Part shown: in pieces, positions 13,136 to 25,968 of the stretch
How the letters are laid out: each line of letters opens with the position of its first letter
Position numbering within the stretch: position 1 is the first letter of the stretch
Source: Eledone cirrhosa
Taxonomy: Eukaryota
Direction: 5' to 3'
DNA: 64,000 bases
Assembly (NCBI GenBank): GCA_964016885.1
Contig: OZ024743.1
Span: 271,002,001-271,066,000, forward strand
Position numbers and translations under genes: made by a program
Notes under the pieces: generated by a model
What the model saw: only the letters and a program-made list of their open reading frames with translations
What the model was told of the DNA's origin: nothing
Databases searched by the model: none

Positions 13136-14703
13136 TGTGCCCACACTGCAACAGCTGTAATTAACTTGACCTAGAAATGTCAACGCAATATTTGTGCATG
13201 CATATGTGTGGGCAGTAGTGAGTACTTCTGTGTGTGTGTGTGTGTGTGATGTGGAAAATGCATCTAGGTTATATGTGTGTGTGTGTGGTTATGTGTGTAG
13301 CTGTGTGTGTGTGTGCGAGGAATATGCATTTAGGTTATGTGTATGTATGTGTATATATATATATATATGTGGCAGTGTATAGTTGTGTGTGTTAATGTAT
13401 GGGTGTAGCTGTGTGTGAGGGAAATATGAATTTAGGTTGTGTGTGTCTATACATATGTGGCTGTGTATGGTTGTTTGTGTGTGTGCACCTGTGTTTTTGT
13501 GTGGGTGTGGTTGTGTGTGCACATGTGACATGTGGCTGTGTGTACATGTTTATGTATGGGTGTTGCTGTGTGTGTGAGGAGAATATACATTTAGGTTATG
13601 TGTATGTATCTACACATGTAGCTCTGTATGGTTGTTTGTGTATGTATGCATCTATAGTTATGTGTGTGTGCACCTGCATTTTTGTAAACGTGTGTGTGTG
13701 TGTGCATGTTTCTGTATGGTTATGTATGTAGTTGTAATGTATATGTGTGTATGTCTGTGTAACTGTGTATGGATGGATGTATCTAGTTTTGTGTGTGGGC
13801 TATTATGACTATGTATGTATGTGCTATTATGACAACTAGTGTGTGTGTGTTACTTTTACTCATCTGCATACGGATACATCTGTGGTTATGCATCTATGTG
13901 TGAATACATTAACATATGAGTGTGGCTATGCATGTATGTATATGTGGATGTGTAAATGCATGCGCAAGCATTTATGATTGCATATGTGTTTACACTTTTG
14001 ACCCAGTGTGTATGTGTGTGTGTGTATGCATGAATGCATCAACAGTATGTGGTATATGCAAGAATGGAATTAATATATAAGCATTGGTGTATATATTTGT
14101 GTGTATGTGTATATATGTGTGTGTGAGTGTGTGCATTTGTATTAATCCATGTGTGTATGCATTCGTGACATTGCATATGTTTATCTGCATATGTATGCAA
14201 GCTTGCATCTGTCTTCCTATGCAGATCTGTATTGTGCATTGCAAGTGCATGTATATATATGTGTATGTGAATTGGTGCATATGTTAGCGTAAGTGTTTGT
14301 GCAGGTTATAATTTCTAATCAGTATTAATGATTCTATTATGGCAATGATTGCATAGATACGGTAACATTGATGCAATATCTGCAACTACTGCGACTATGA
14401 ATAATCATCGCCCGGCTATTTTTAGTAGTCACATCAACACCAGAGAGGAGGAGAGAGAGAAATGGCAGATGGCATCAACGTCATTGTCGCCCTCTCAAGA
14501 CCATTTCTGCTAGTGTTGTGACATCTGCAGCCACCATCCACTCAGATCGCTTCTCTGCATTGCATTTGCTTCTAGTCAGTGCACTCTGTTGCTGCATCTG
14601 CAACTGCTGTCACGCAAATATCCAGCTTGTTTCACTATTTCTCATAGTTACCATTTCTCTCTCCCTACTTCTCACAGGGTTTTTACTACTACTATTACTA
14701 ATA

Positions 14704-15020
14704 ATTGTTTCTACTTTAGGCACAAGGCCAGCAATTACCCAGTGCATTACTGGTACTTTATTTTATCGACCCCGTAAGGATGAAAGGCAAAGTCAACCTT
14801 GGCGGGATTTGAACTCTAATAATTATTATTATTTCTATTATAGTCACAAGGGAAGCAATTTTGGAGGAAGGGAAAATCGATTAAATCAACCCCAGTGCAT
14901 TACTGGTACTTTATTTATCGACCACTGTAAGGATGAAAGGCAAAGCTAACCTCGACGGGATTTGAACTCAGAACAAAGCATATTGTCCGACGCTCTCCCA
15001 ATACTGCTAATCTGCCGCCC
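14704..15020 (-). mobile_element. Two adjacent SINE family A copies
   Basis: GGCACAAGGCCAGCAATT...TTTATCGAC...GGATGAAAGGCAAAG...GGGATTTGAACTC occurs twice (14704-14818 and 14832-15020). Confidence 0.85.
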
Positions 15021-16042
15021 TACTACTACTACTACTACCAATAATAATAATAATACAACTACTACAGCCACCATTTGCAATCGAGTATGATTTGGTCGTA
15101 TATACCATGGTTTCTTTCACTAAGGGTTTTAGGTGCCTATGTAGTTGTCAGCAAACAGAGACACTGTCTTGATCTTGCCTCCCTTGATCCAGTGGAATAT
15201 CCAGGATGTGACAGTTGGTAGGGAAAAATGGGCTGCAATAGTCCCACCAAGACAAAGTCAACTTTGGCAAGATTTGAACTCAAAATGCAGACATCTGGAA
15301 CAAATATTCAACACTCTAATGCCTCTGCTAATTGGCTGCCTAAACTACTATTACCACTACTACTATTAAAACTACTATCACTACTATTATCACTACTACT
15401 GCTACTACTCAATGCACAGCAACACTCAGTGTTCAGCTCATCTTGAATATGTCTTATACTATCATTTTTATACATTGTACTATTATTTTAAGGTACTGAC
15501 TTGACAGTCATTAAAACATGGGAGAGAATGCCTTATGATATTCATTCCTGCTCTCTGAGTTCAAAACTTCCCACAGTCAACTTGAACTTTCATCCTTTCA
15601 AGGTCAATAAAAAAAAAAGTACCAATCCAGTACTAGGGTTAATTCTTCTCCGATAACCTTTTCTCACTTACTCTCTATCACTTTTTCTTTCTCACCTTCT
15701 CTGTGTTTAGATCTGCAGTGGGGGTGGGTTCTGGCCTCTACTACTCCATCAGGAGTTACAACTCCATAAATACTATTATTTTTGTATGCTCTACTCTCAT
15801 TTTTGTACCTTGTACTATAATTTTTCGTTGTAAAACGTATGTTACATGGAACAATAAAAACCTTTTTAAACTCTTTCACTATCATATTTCTAATAAAAGA
15901 TGCTTACAATTTCAAAAAGATTTTATTTAATAATCGATTTAGTAATATAACTAACATTCTCATTATTAAGTTGATCGGCTTTTTTTACATAACTTAATAA
16001 AAATTATGATGGAAAGTGTTAAGATAAATATAAACACTTTAA

Positions 16043-16250
16043 CCCTTTAGCATTTACATTATTCTATATTTACTATTGTATTTCCATAGTAAAGGTTTTA
16101 TCTCACATAATATCAAATCTATGAGATTTTGATATTATTTATTTTGAGAACAACACCTTAACATAAGTATGAGCAGCTGGTTGTAGCCAGTTTGAACAGA
16201 AAGAAGTGAGAGAATTCCGACCTGATATGGCTGGTTTAAATACTAAAGGG
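16043..16250 (-). mobile_element. TTAA-flanked MITE family M1
   Basis: TTAA|CCCTTTAGCATTTA ... TAAATACTAAAGGG|TTAA terminal inverted repeats with TTAA target duplication. Confidence 0.85.
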
Positions 16251-17283
16251 TTAAAATAAAAAACTTCTTTATCTAATAAAAACAGAATCAGTTTGGTATC
16301 AAAAAGATTTAAATACTCTGCTGCAAGGAAATACATGTTCACCAATGCAGTGCATTAATCTTCTGGAGGCTCCAGGTGCACTAAGTCACTGATAGAGTAA
16401 TCTCCCCTTAATACATAATGCAGTGGCAAAGGAAGCAATTCATAAAAATTTCTACTGTGCTGAAGGTTAAATCTTTCATTATCATATTTCTTATTAATTC
16501 GAAAAATAATCAAGAATTTATAGGAATTTTAGTAAAATAACTTTTTCATTATTTACCCTTTCATTACTGTATAATACACTGCCTGTATGTTTTAATTTTG
16601 AAAATAACCAATCTTTTGGAGGATTTGACAAGTTTTTCATTAGTCTGCTCATATTTAGAACATAACTTAAGAAAAATTTCTGAAATAAAAATATGATGAA
16701 AGGTTTTAATATATGAGTAACTATTTTAAAATAAGTATTGTATCATAAATCCAGGCTGGTTTCGGGTGGTTTGGTATCAAAATAGTTTAGTTAATACAAA
16801 GCATTATAAGATATGTAATAAAAGACCAATAATTTTCAAAAAGTCTGTACAATGTAGTAAAGTTCATATTTTTCTACCACATTGTACTAACTATTTGAAA
16901 ATTAGTATCTGGAACATAACTCAACAAAGTTTTCTCACATGATTTTATGACGGGAAGTTTAGATATGAACACTTTAAAACAAATAGCTTTGTATCATAGA
17001 TCCAGGAGCAGTTTCAGGTGGTTTGATCTCAAAAGTTATTTTTTGATTTGTCTCAAAAAATTGTGGTTGAAATCTGCCCTGTTTGTTCCAGCTCTGCACT
17101 CTGAGTTCAAATCCCACTAAGGTCAACTTTACTTTTCATCCTTTCAGTGTCAATAAAATAAAGTACCAGTCCAGGCCAGGTAGATTGGCAAAATTGTGTT
17201 GGGTGAGATGCTTTGTAGTATTTGTTCTGGCTTTTTGCATTCTGAGTTCAAATCACTCTCACCTACATTGATGGCTGGTTTAA

Positions 17284-17978
17284 CTCTTTAGTATTTAAAC
17301 TGAGTATCCAGCCAGAGTTCTCTCACCTCTTTCTGTTCAAACCGGCTGTAATTGGCTGTTCATACTTATGTTAAGGTATTGTTCTCAAAATATATATCAA
17401 AATCTCACAGATTCGATATTATGTGAGATAATTACGAGAGATTCAGCCTTTACTGTGAAAATATAATAGTATATCTAAGCTATAATAAAGTAAGGAGTGC
17501 GGGACTGTGTACGGTTTATTTCTTTTAATCCGGTTAGTAAAATAAGTTGGATTACTTTGAATAAATAATGAATGAATATTACATAATTTATCTACTAAAT
17601 TTCATAGCTGTTGATTAACTATATTTTATAGCTTATTTAAAGGTTCACTTCTTTAAAATTTTCAATTGTCAACACTTCTAGTTAGCGATCGCTTGAATAA
17701 ACATTCATATATTTCCGTCACTAATTTTCTCCTAATGCAGTTTATAATATCGTCTTTTTTTAATGTATCATGGATTATGTTACTGATTACATAAGAGAGT
17801 GTAATGCAGTCATTGTTCAATTTCTGTGTATATTGTCAATTACGATTTTATTTGATATATCATATCTACATGCATATATACTTGCGTATAATATCAATAT
17901 ACACACTACACATGCTAGCAGAAAACCACTCGAAGGGTGGTTTTTCTGCTAGTATAGAGTAATGTAAACACTAAAGGA
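17284..17978 (+). mobile_element. MITE family M1 copy interrupted by an insertion
   Basis: Both halves align with 12151-12348 and both ends carry TTAA. The copy is split at 17473/17953. Confidence 0.8.
17474..17952 (+). mobile_element. Non-autonomous Helitron (~479 bp)
   Basis: Starts with TC and ends with CTAG, has a subterminal hairpin AAAACCACTCGAAGGGTGGTTTT, and is inserted between A and T of the host MITE with no target duplication. Confidence 0.8.
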
Positions 17979-18519
17979 TTAATCTGTCGTCCGGTGTAAC
18001 ACCGCCACCTGGCTTATGAGTGCCTTTAGAGGAATTCACTTTGTTACAAAAATCCAGATCATATCTCTAGGTTGCGGATCCCACTTTTCTTACTAATTTC
18101 AGAACCCTAAAAAAAAAAAGGTATCTTGGGGTCCTACTTTTCATTACCTGCATTGTAATGTAACATGTTGATCACCCCCCCCCCCCCCCTCCCACCACCA
18201 CCACCACATCTAGCCATGTCTTCTTGCTCCACTCTACTTACATCAATCAACTTGTCCACTTACATCACTTTCCCAACCAAGTGCAGATGTGTCGAGATTA
18301 ATGTGTGTTCAGCTGCTGGAAACAGGAAGGAGGCGGTGGGGTCTACGTCATATATTTTACTGTCCCTGCAGCGTTGGTGTCATCGCTGCATGTCTTTGCA
18401 TCTTACATATATGCAGTTGATGGTATCATGATCATCATCCATCTATCTAACAGCCCCCCCCCCCCCATCTCTCCCTCTCATCCCTCTATACCATCTAAGA
18501 GAAGAATGCTGATATTTTA

Positions 18520-19345
18520 CCACCATACCACAATACCATACTATACAGCACTACCACACCACACTATACCACATAACACCATACTACACAACACCATTCC
18601 ACACCAAAAGGCACTACACCATACCATCCAGCACTATACCACACTACACAAGACTACACCACACCGTACAACACCACACTACACTACACAGCACTACAAC
18701 ACACCACACTAGACTACACCATACCATATCACTACTCTACACCATATCACTACACTACACCACACCACACCACACTATACTATACCACACCATACCACAC
18801 TATACTACACCACACCACACCACACTGCACTACACCACACCATACCACCCTACACTCCACCATACCATACCAGACTACATTATACCATACCACACCACAC
18901 TACACTGCACCAGACTACACCATACCATATCACACCACAACATACCATGCTACACTATACCACACCATACTCCACCATATCACTCTACACTCCACCACAC
19001 CACATTACACTACACCCCACCACACCACACCACACTATACTACACCATACCACCCTACCCTACACTACACCACACCATACCACCCTACATTCTACCACAC
19101 CAGACTACATCATACCATATCACACCACACCATACCATACTACACTATACCATACTCCACCCTACACTATACTACACCATACCATACCACCTCACCCCAC
19201 CCTACACCACACTACCCCACCACACCCTACACCACACCATACCACACTACACCAGACCACACCATACCACCCTACACTATACTACACCATACCACCCACC
19301 CTACACTACACTACACCATACCACCCTACACTCCACCACCATACA
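18520..19345. repeat. Degenerate pentanucleotide (CACAC/CATAC/CTACA) array
   Basis: Visible 5-bp periodicity. Explains the His/Thr/Pro ORFs. Confidence 0.85.
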
Positions 19346-20601
19346 GCACCACCCATTGCCTACCTGCCTTCCTTCATTCTCACCAGTGTAGAGAGGAGTG
19401 TATTGTTCTTGGAGCTTTTAAGAGTGTGGGCAGTTTTAAGTGGTAGTGGGGTGGTGTAGGTAACACCAATCTTAGAATTTCTTCCCCACTCCACCACATG
19501 CAGGGGTGGGGCTTTTGTTTTAGATGGTAGTCTGGGTGGGGGGTGTTGGGGTTCCAGGAAGCCATTTGTTGTTGGTTTTCCAGGCTTTCATTACACCCTC
19601 TTTTTCTCCCCGTCCCCACCCCGTCGATTTTTGCCATACTTTCCTTCCACCCCTCCACCCTGTCATTTATCATCCAGTTAAACCCACCTCTACCCCTACC
19701 CAGCTCATCTCTTTCTGGCTTTTTTCTTTTGATTACTCCATTTCACACACACACACACACCATTTCACACACATGGCTGCACTCATACACACACATCTGA
19801 ACTCATATACACTCTCATATACAATTACATACACACCTGCACTCATATACATGCTCATACACACATACTCTTATAGTCATATACACACATTGATATTCAT
19901 TCATACATACATACACGCACGCACGCACACACGCACTTATACATACACACATACACTGATTTACATTCATTCACACTCACACACACACCTCAATTTCGCT
20001 CACTTTTATTCTGTCTCTCCCCTCTCTTTCTCTCATTTCTGGTCCTAAACTCGCTTTTAAATATTGATTCATTATATTTATAGTGTGCATAGGTGGAGGG
20101 AAGTACCATTACTCAAATCAAACACTGGCCTAGTATATTACTGGTACTAGTCAATGTCAGCCCTCTGCAGGATTTGAAATCAGAACCTAGAAATTAATGA
20201 TGTGTAACTTAATCTTTTTGACACCAAGCTGCCTGAAACCTCAGTGTTTATATTTATTTAACCCTTTACATTTACATTGAAAGGCAAAATTGACCACAGC
20301 GGGATTTGAACTAATTGTACCAATTCCTTGATTATTTCTGAAATTATTTCAAAATCATGTGCAGTATACTTCTTTTTTTTTTTCTTTTTTTTTTTAGAAA
20401 TATTAGTAATGGTTAAAGTGTTTATATTTATCTAAGAACTTTCTATCATAATTTTATGTAAGAACTTTGTTCCAAACACCAGCATAATAATGTGAATGTT
20501 TATATTACTAAATCCCTCTAAATCCTTGATTATTTTCAAAATAATTTGAAAATCATAGGCAGTGTATTTTATAAGAAATATGGTAAAAGTTATAAGCACT
20601 G

Positions 20602-20768
20602 TATGAAGGTCGGTTGAAAAGTTCATAGGCTGACTAAGATACCCTCATGGAATGACCAAATGAGGTTTACTTTTCAACATAGTCTCGGGAAAGAAAAGTT
20701 GAAATTAATGCATGTAAGATTTCACAGCCCTAGCATCACTCCTCCATAGTTAGCCTATGAACTTTTCA
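20602..20768. mobile_element. Mariner-like MITE remnant
   Basis: Inverted repeats TGAAAAGTTCATAGGCT (20615-20631) and AGCCTATGAACTTTTCA (20752-20768). The left end TATGAAGGTCGGTTGAAAAGT resembles mariner TIRs. Confidence 0.6.
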
Positions 20769-21419
20769 TATTTTATGAGGGACATAACAAAATATAGGCA
20801 GTGTATTTAAATAAGATAACAAAAGTTATAAGGAATATGGTAAAGTTATAAGGAATATGGTAACAAAATATAGGCAGTGTATCTTATAAGAAATATGGTC
20901 ACAAAGTTATAAACAGTGTCACTTAGTTATTAAAAAAAAAACCCTATTCTACAAGGCATTGTACCTGCACTTTCTTAATTCTGCCACATAAATATCATTC
21001 TTTACACCTCATATACATACGTAGTTACATGAATTCATACATCTAGGTATATGTACATACATACATGCATAGTTACATATACTTGCAGATAGATATCATT
21101 GCAAATACATGCACCTATATATATATCATGCACATACTATTTCACCTATTTACAAATACCTGGAACTGTCTTAACTCAAACAGAAGTCTTGTCACTTTAT
21201 TTATTGGTGACCATCTTGAATAGGGAAAACAACTTAAATAAATCAAACGTATGTACATACATATGTTCCTTTGTATGTATATATATACGTATATACTTAT
21301 GTTCCTATCTATATACTCACATATACATACATACATACACACACGCACATACATTCCTGTGTATGTACATATATACATAGACACATGCATATATATATTT
21401 TACATACATAGAAGCGTGT

Positions 21420-21945
21420 GTTAGACCTTCTCTCTGTACTAACAAGTGATCCAGTTGATTCAATCAATGGAATGGACTGCTCATGAAATTATCATGTAAA
21501 TGGCTGACCATTCCACAGACACGTGTACCATTAATGTAGTTCTCAAGGAGATTCAGCATGACAAAGTATAATAAAGCTTCTTCTCCTCCTCCTCCCACCT
21601 ATTCCTGAGAGGGTCGTGGGGGCAGAGTCCTCAAACGCTCCTTCCAGCAGGTCCTGTCAGAAGCAAACCCTTTGAATTACAGGTACAACATGTTTACCAG
21701 CAATATGCAAGTAGCTGAGCATCCTACAAACATGTGTACCTGTAAGATAATTCTCAGGGAGATTCGGCATGATAAAGTGTGCAACAAAGTTGGCTTTTTG
21801 AATTACTGGCACAACCCAGTTTTGCCAGGTGAGTGGATTGGAAGAAAATGAAATAAAGTGTCTTGCTCAAGGACACAATGTGCTGCCAGGAATCGAACTC
21901 ATAACCTTATGATCATGAGCCAAAGACTCTAACTAATAAGCCACA
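21420..21945 (-). mobile_element. SINE family B with internal duplication, interrupted by a short RTE 3' end (about 21595-21665)
   Basis: GTGTCTTGCTCAAGGACACAATG...GGAATCGAACTC matches 56690-56750. GGGGCAGAGTCCTCAAAC...GGTCCTGTCAGAAGCAA matches the RTE end at 52810-52870. Confidence 0.65.
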
Positions 21946-22458
21946 TATGTATATGTATGAAAACCATTGGTTGCTCAATCTGCAAGAAATAACAACCAAA
22001 TCTCCCTCATATCATAATTTGCTGCATTTACAAAAGAAGGCAGATAGGAGATATTGGATAACATAGTCTAAGATAAATTGTTTGAAATTGCCATGGTTGG
22101 ATTGTCTTAATCAGGGTCTTTTTGATTGGTTAGAGTTGACCTGGGGTTAAACAGTAGCAACATATACAGACACCCTATTTTCACAAACACTAACATACAT
22201 GCACACACGTGCAATATATTCATACATACACACACACATGCAATATATTCATACATACACACACACGTGCAATATATTCATACATACACACACATGTGCA
22301 ATATATTCATACATACACACACACACTTCATTTAATCATACATACACATTCATTCATTCATACACAAACCTCATTCATTTATACAAGCATATATATATAT
22401 GTGTGTGCATACACACTCAACACATTCGTACATATCATACACGCATGCAGACAGATGT

Positions 22459-22809
22459 ATGCATACACACATGCTTATAAATACATCAACGCTGAAACTA
22501 TCTCATCCATTGATACACATAAACATACCTACACACAACAGACAAATCCATCTTTACATCTGTTGATACGCAAAACCATTACTGTGGAGTGCTTCCAATC
22601 TATTGTAAAACTCATTCTTTGATTTATTCATTGAACCTTGTTTAACCTTTAAAAATATATATATATAGATTGGAAGCACTCCACAGAAATGGTTTTGTGT
22701 ATCAACAGATGTAAAGATGGATTTGTCTGTTGTGTGTAGGTATGTTTATGTGTATCAATGGATGAGATAGTTTCAGCGTTGATGTATTTATAAGCATGTG
22801 TGTATGCAT
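22459..22809. repeat. Inverted repeat with ~145-bp arms and ~60-bp spacer
   Basis: 22459-22603 is the reverse complement of 22665-22809 with about 2 mismatches. Confidence 0.92.
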
Positions 22810-23184
22810 GCGTGTATGATATTGTATTTATTTATTTACTCTTGGCGCAGCAGATTTGAAAAAAATTCCCAGTATAAGGTTAGCATTTCTTTGTTTATTT
22901 TTTATATATGAATATTGATTGTTCCTTATATCTCATTCTGTTATTTTGCCCGAGAAAATATCTGTGTGTGTCATCAAATGTGGCCTGAATTCCTTTCAGA
23001 GTTCATTGTCACGCGCATGTATTGTTTTTTTTTGGCGGTAATTCACTTCCTCATTTTTTTAATCAGTTCGAGCACTTCTTTAGAACTGCTGGACTGGCAA
23101 CCTGACAGATACCTCAGGCACAGAAAGTGATTATCGCTAAATGCTGATGTTGGTTAGATTATCAATATTAGTATTATTGGGGCA

Positions 23185-23311
23185 CCCACTGATGAATTAT
23201 AGGAGCCCACTTGAATATATATCTATTGATGGTATACAAGCTCCTACATAAATTGGTATAATTTCACCCAAATTGTAGGAATCTTATAATGAAATGAGAC
23301 GTCCGTCTGGG
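23185..23311 (+). ncRNA. Putative type I hammerhead ribozyme with enlarged stem II
   Basis: Stem I CCCA/TGGG, core CTGATGA (23189-23195), stem II ATTATAGGA/TCTTATAAT enclosing ~77 nt, GAAA (23291-23294), short stem III ending in GTC cleavage triplet. Confidence 0.6.
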
Positions 23312-23486
23312 AAGAGATATATTAGATATGTCTCATTTGAAATAATACAGCCAATTTTCCACACAATACATTTAGTTAGCACCCCGAACACATAATTGGG
23401 AATATAATCACTTATTTCCTAATGTTTGTTGAGTGAGTTGGAATTTGGCCGGAGTATCGCTAAAAAGCTTTCTCCGATATTGTATT

Positions 23487-23527
<41 letters not shown>

Positions 23528-23531
<4 letters not shown>

Positions 23532-23804
23532 CTAAGGAAAAAATTAGAAATAAGAGGGATCAGATGTTGTTTATTCGAGAGAAGGCTACGTTGGTATGGT
23601 CATGTGATGCGCATGAAAGACGACAGCTGTATAACAAAGTGCAGGGCAATAAAGATAGATGGTAGCCACGGAGTAGGCAGACCCAGGAAAACCTGGGATG
23701 AGCTGATAAATTCCGACCTCACACACTTACACCTCTCCAAGACAATGTCACTGGACCGAGACCTTTGGCGGTACTCAGTAACAGAGAAGACCCGCCTCAC
23801 CTAA
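23528..23804 (+). pseudogene. RTE-clade LINE ORF2 C-terminal fragment (5'-truncated)
   Basis: RRLRWYGHVMRM...GRPRKTW...DRDLWR are typical RTE C-terminal motifs. The fragment begins right after a (TA)n run. Confidence 0.85.
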
Positions 23805-23899
23805 ATACATAGTAAAACCTACTAGTCAGTAGGCATCTCTAACAAAATACACCCCCGTCCCACCCCATCCACACCGCCCCCTTCAATGCAAAGTTATGT

Positions 23900-24288
23900 T
23901 GGTGCCACAACATCCAGGCCGAAACAAACGAGATCGTGTAGGTGTCACGACAAAAAAACACACAGTCCACGCTGTAATGTGACGGTGTAGGCAACACGGT
24001 AAAAACCTCACAGTCCCACACTGTAAATGTGGTTGGTGTTAGGAAGGGCATCCAGCTGTAGAAAACACGCCAGACAGTCCACGCTGTAATGTGGCCGTGT
24101 AGGCAACACGGTAAAAACCTCCCAGCCCCACACTGTAAATGTGGTTGGTGTTAGGAAGGGCATCCAGCTGTAGAAAACCCGCCAGACAGTCCTATGCGAG
24201 CAAGACAACCACTCTTGCCTCAAGTGGGAAAACCCCCGTCCAAACCCATGCAAGCGTGGAACAGGGACGTTAAACGATGATGATGATG
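23900..24288 (+). mobile_element. Family C element with ~112-bp internal tandem duplication and (GAT)n tail
   Basis: ACAGTCCACGCTGTAATGTG...GTAGAAAAC occurs twice, ending CCCATGCAAGCGTGGAACAGGGACGTTAAACGATGATGATGAT. Confidence 0.8.
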
Positions 24289-24374
24289 TAAAAGGTAAAC
24301 AGAAATAACAACACAATCGGTACAGTATATGGAAGGGATATATTAGGTTAACGCTTGAAATAGCAGGAAGAGGG

Positions 24375-24410
24375 TCTTAACGTTTCGGACGCTAGTCCTT
24401 CATCAGAAGA
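24375..24410 (-). ncRNA. Minimal type I hammerhead ribozyme (Penelope-like pLTR type)
   Basis: Minus strand reads TCTT-CTGATGA-A-GGAC(TAGC)GTCC-GAA-ACGT-T-AAGA: complete core, perfect 4-bp stem II, palindromic ACGT stem III, and 4-bp stem I. Confidence 0.8.
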
Positions 24411-24541
24411 AAGAATGAGAAATAAGGTAGATTGAGGGGACGGGCAGGTTGGAATTGGAAAAAATGTCTTTAGATAAAAATAACAGGTCCATTCATGTTG
24501 ACAACTTGATACCAGGGGTAGTCGAGTATGGTAATATGAAG

Positions 24542-24638
24542 GAGTTGTGACCCCGACGGCTGAGCTCCTGCCGTTTCAACAGTTGGTTCTAAACTAGCTG
24601 TTAAAACGGCAGGAACTCAGCTGTCGGGGTCCTGACTC
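24542..24638. repeat. ~100-bp palindromic (fold-back) element, copy 1
   Basis: GACCCCGACGGCTGAGCTCCTGCCGTTT...AAACGGCAGGAACTCAGCTGTCGGGGTC. Homologous to 25099 and 48040. Confidence 0.85.
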
Positions 24639-25098
24639 GTTCATATATATATATCATGATCTGATGATGTAAGACTGCAGGCCATAAAAATATGTATAAT
24701 GATTTTTGCAATACTAAAAGGCATATTTGGAATCTGGCCTTCTTTGTTCATTGAAGTATTTAACTCCGTTCCTACACCAACCATGAGATACCACATATGT
24801 GATGGAATATATGCATAACGTTGAGTGCTTTTCCTTATTGCATTACGTTCTGCCAGTCGGAATGACCTGATCTACCCATAAGTTAAACCATCCAGCATAA
24901 ATGGTATATATATTTACATGCATTTCTCCCTTATATACATACAAAATAAATTGTGGTTTGATGCATTACTGATGCCTCGTTATCTATATAAAATTATATA
25001 TATATATATAAATCAGGATAGAACAAGTTTGAAATTGGTTAGATCATGACTCAACAGAGTACTTGATACTTGAGGTAGAGAGTCTGATTATATTATAA

Positions 25099-25189
25099 AG
25101 AGTTGGGACCCAACTGGGTGAGCTTGTGCTGTTTCAACAGCTAGTTCCAGACTAGCTGTTGAAACTGCAAGAGCTCAGCTGTCGGGGTC

Positions 25190-25197
<8 letters not shown>
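25099..25197. repeat. ~100-bp palindromic element, copy 2, followed by (TC)n(TA)n
   Basis: GTTTCAACAGCTAG-TTCCAGA-CTAGCTGTTGAAAC centre, with arms as in copy 1. Confidence 0.8.
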
Positions 25198-25226
<29 letters not shown>

Positions 25227-25293
25227 CCTCCCTCCCTCCCTCCCTCGCTCTCCCTCCCTCGCTCTCCCTCCCTCGCTCTCCCTCCCTCGCTCG

Positions 25294-25403
<110 letters not shown>

Positions 25404-25940
25404 GAGAAATGCATGTAAATCAATTAATGTATTAAACCTTGGTTATTTATTTATTCATAATATATATATATATGTGTGTGTGTATGTATGTATATGTATA
25501 TAGATGTGTGTATGTATGTATATAGATGTATATATGTGTGTGTATGTATATACACACACACTACTTGATTGGAGGAGTAGAAGGTGGTGGATGAGGGGTT
25601 GTGGAGGTGGTATTATCAATCAAATGAATGAGACTAAATAGTAGGTGGGTGAGGGACACACACACACTGATATAGATAGATGAACTGACAGACTGACAAA
25701 TAGTTAAGTAGAGAGATAAATGCATACAGAGATAGACCAGCTCTTAGAGGATACATACAGGTAGGGAATGTATGTATGTAAGATACTGTAGGGAATGGTA
25801 TGGATGGAAAGTATTGTGTCTGTAGATTTGGTTGTATAAACAGAAATAGAACTCAATACACAAAGAGTATATATATATATATATAATTATAGATATAATA
25901 TAGATATAAACATATATATATAGTCTAACAAATAGCACCA

Positions 25941-25968
25941 CTGATGATGTTGCAGATGTGCAACGAAA
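25941..25968 (+). ncRNA. Partial hammerhead core inside a small inverted repeat
   Basis: CTGATGA-T-GTTGCA(GATG)TGCAAC-GAAA. No stem I partner is found. Flanked by inverted arms 25891-25932 and 25973-26004. Confidence 0.5.

Noticed and set aside
24661-24690. CTGATGA next to the palindromic element
   Set aside because: No stem II or GAAA follows.
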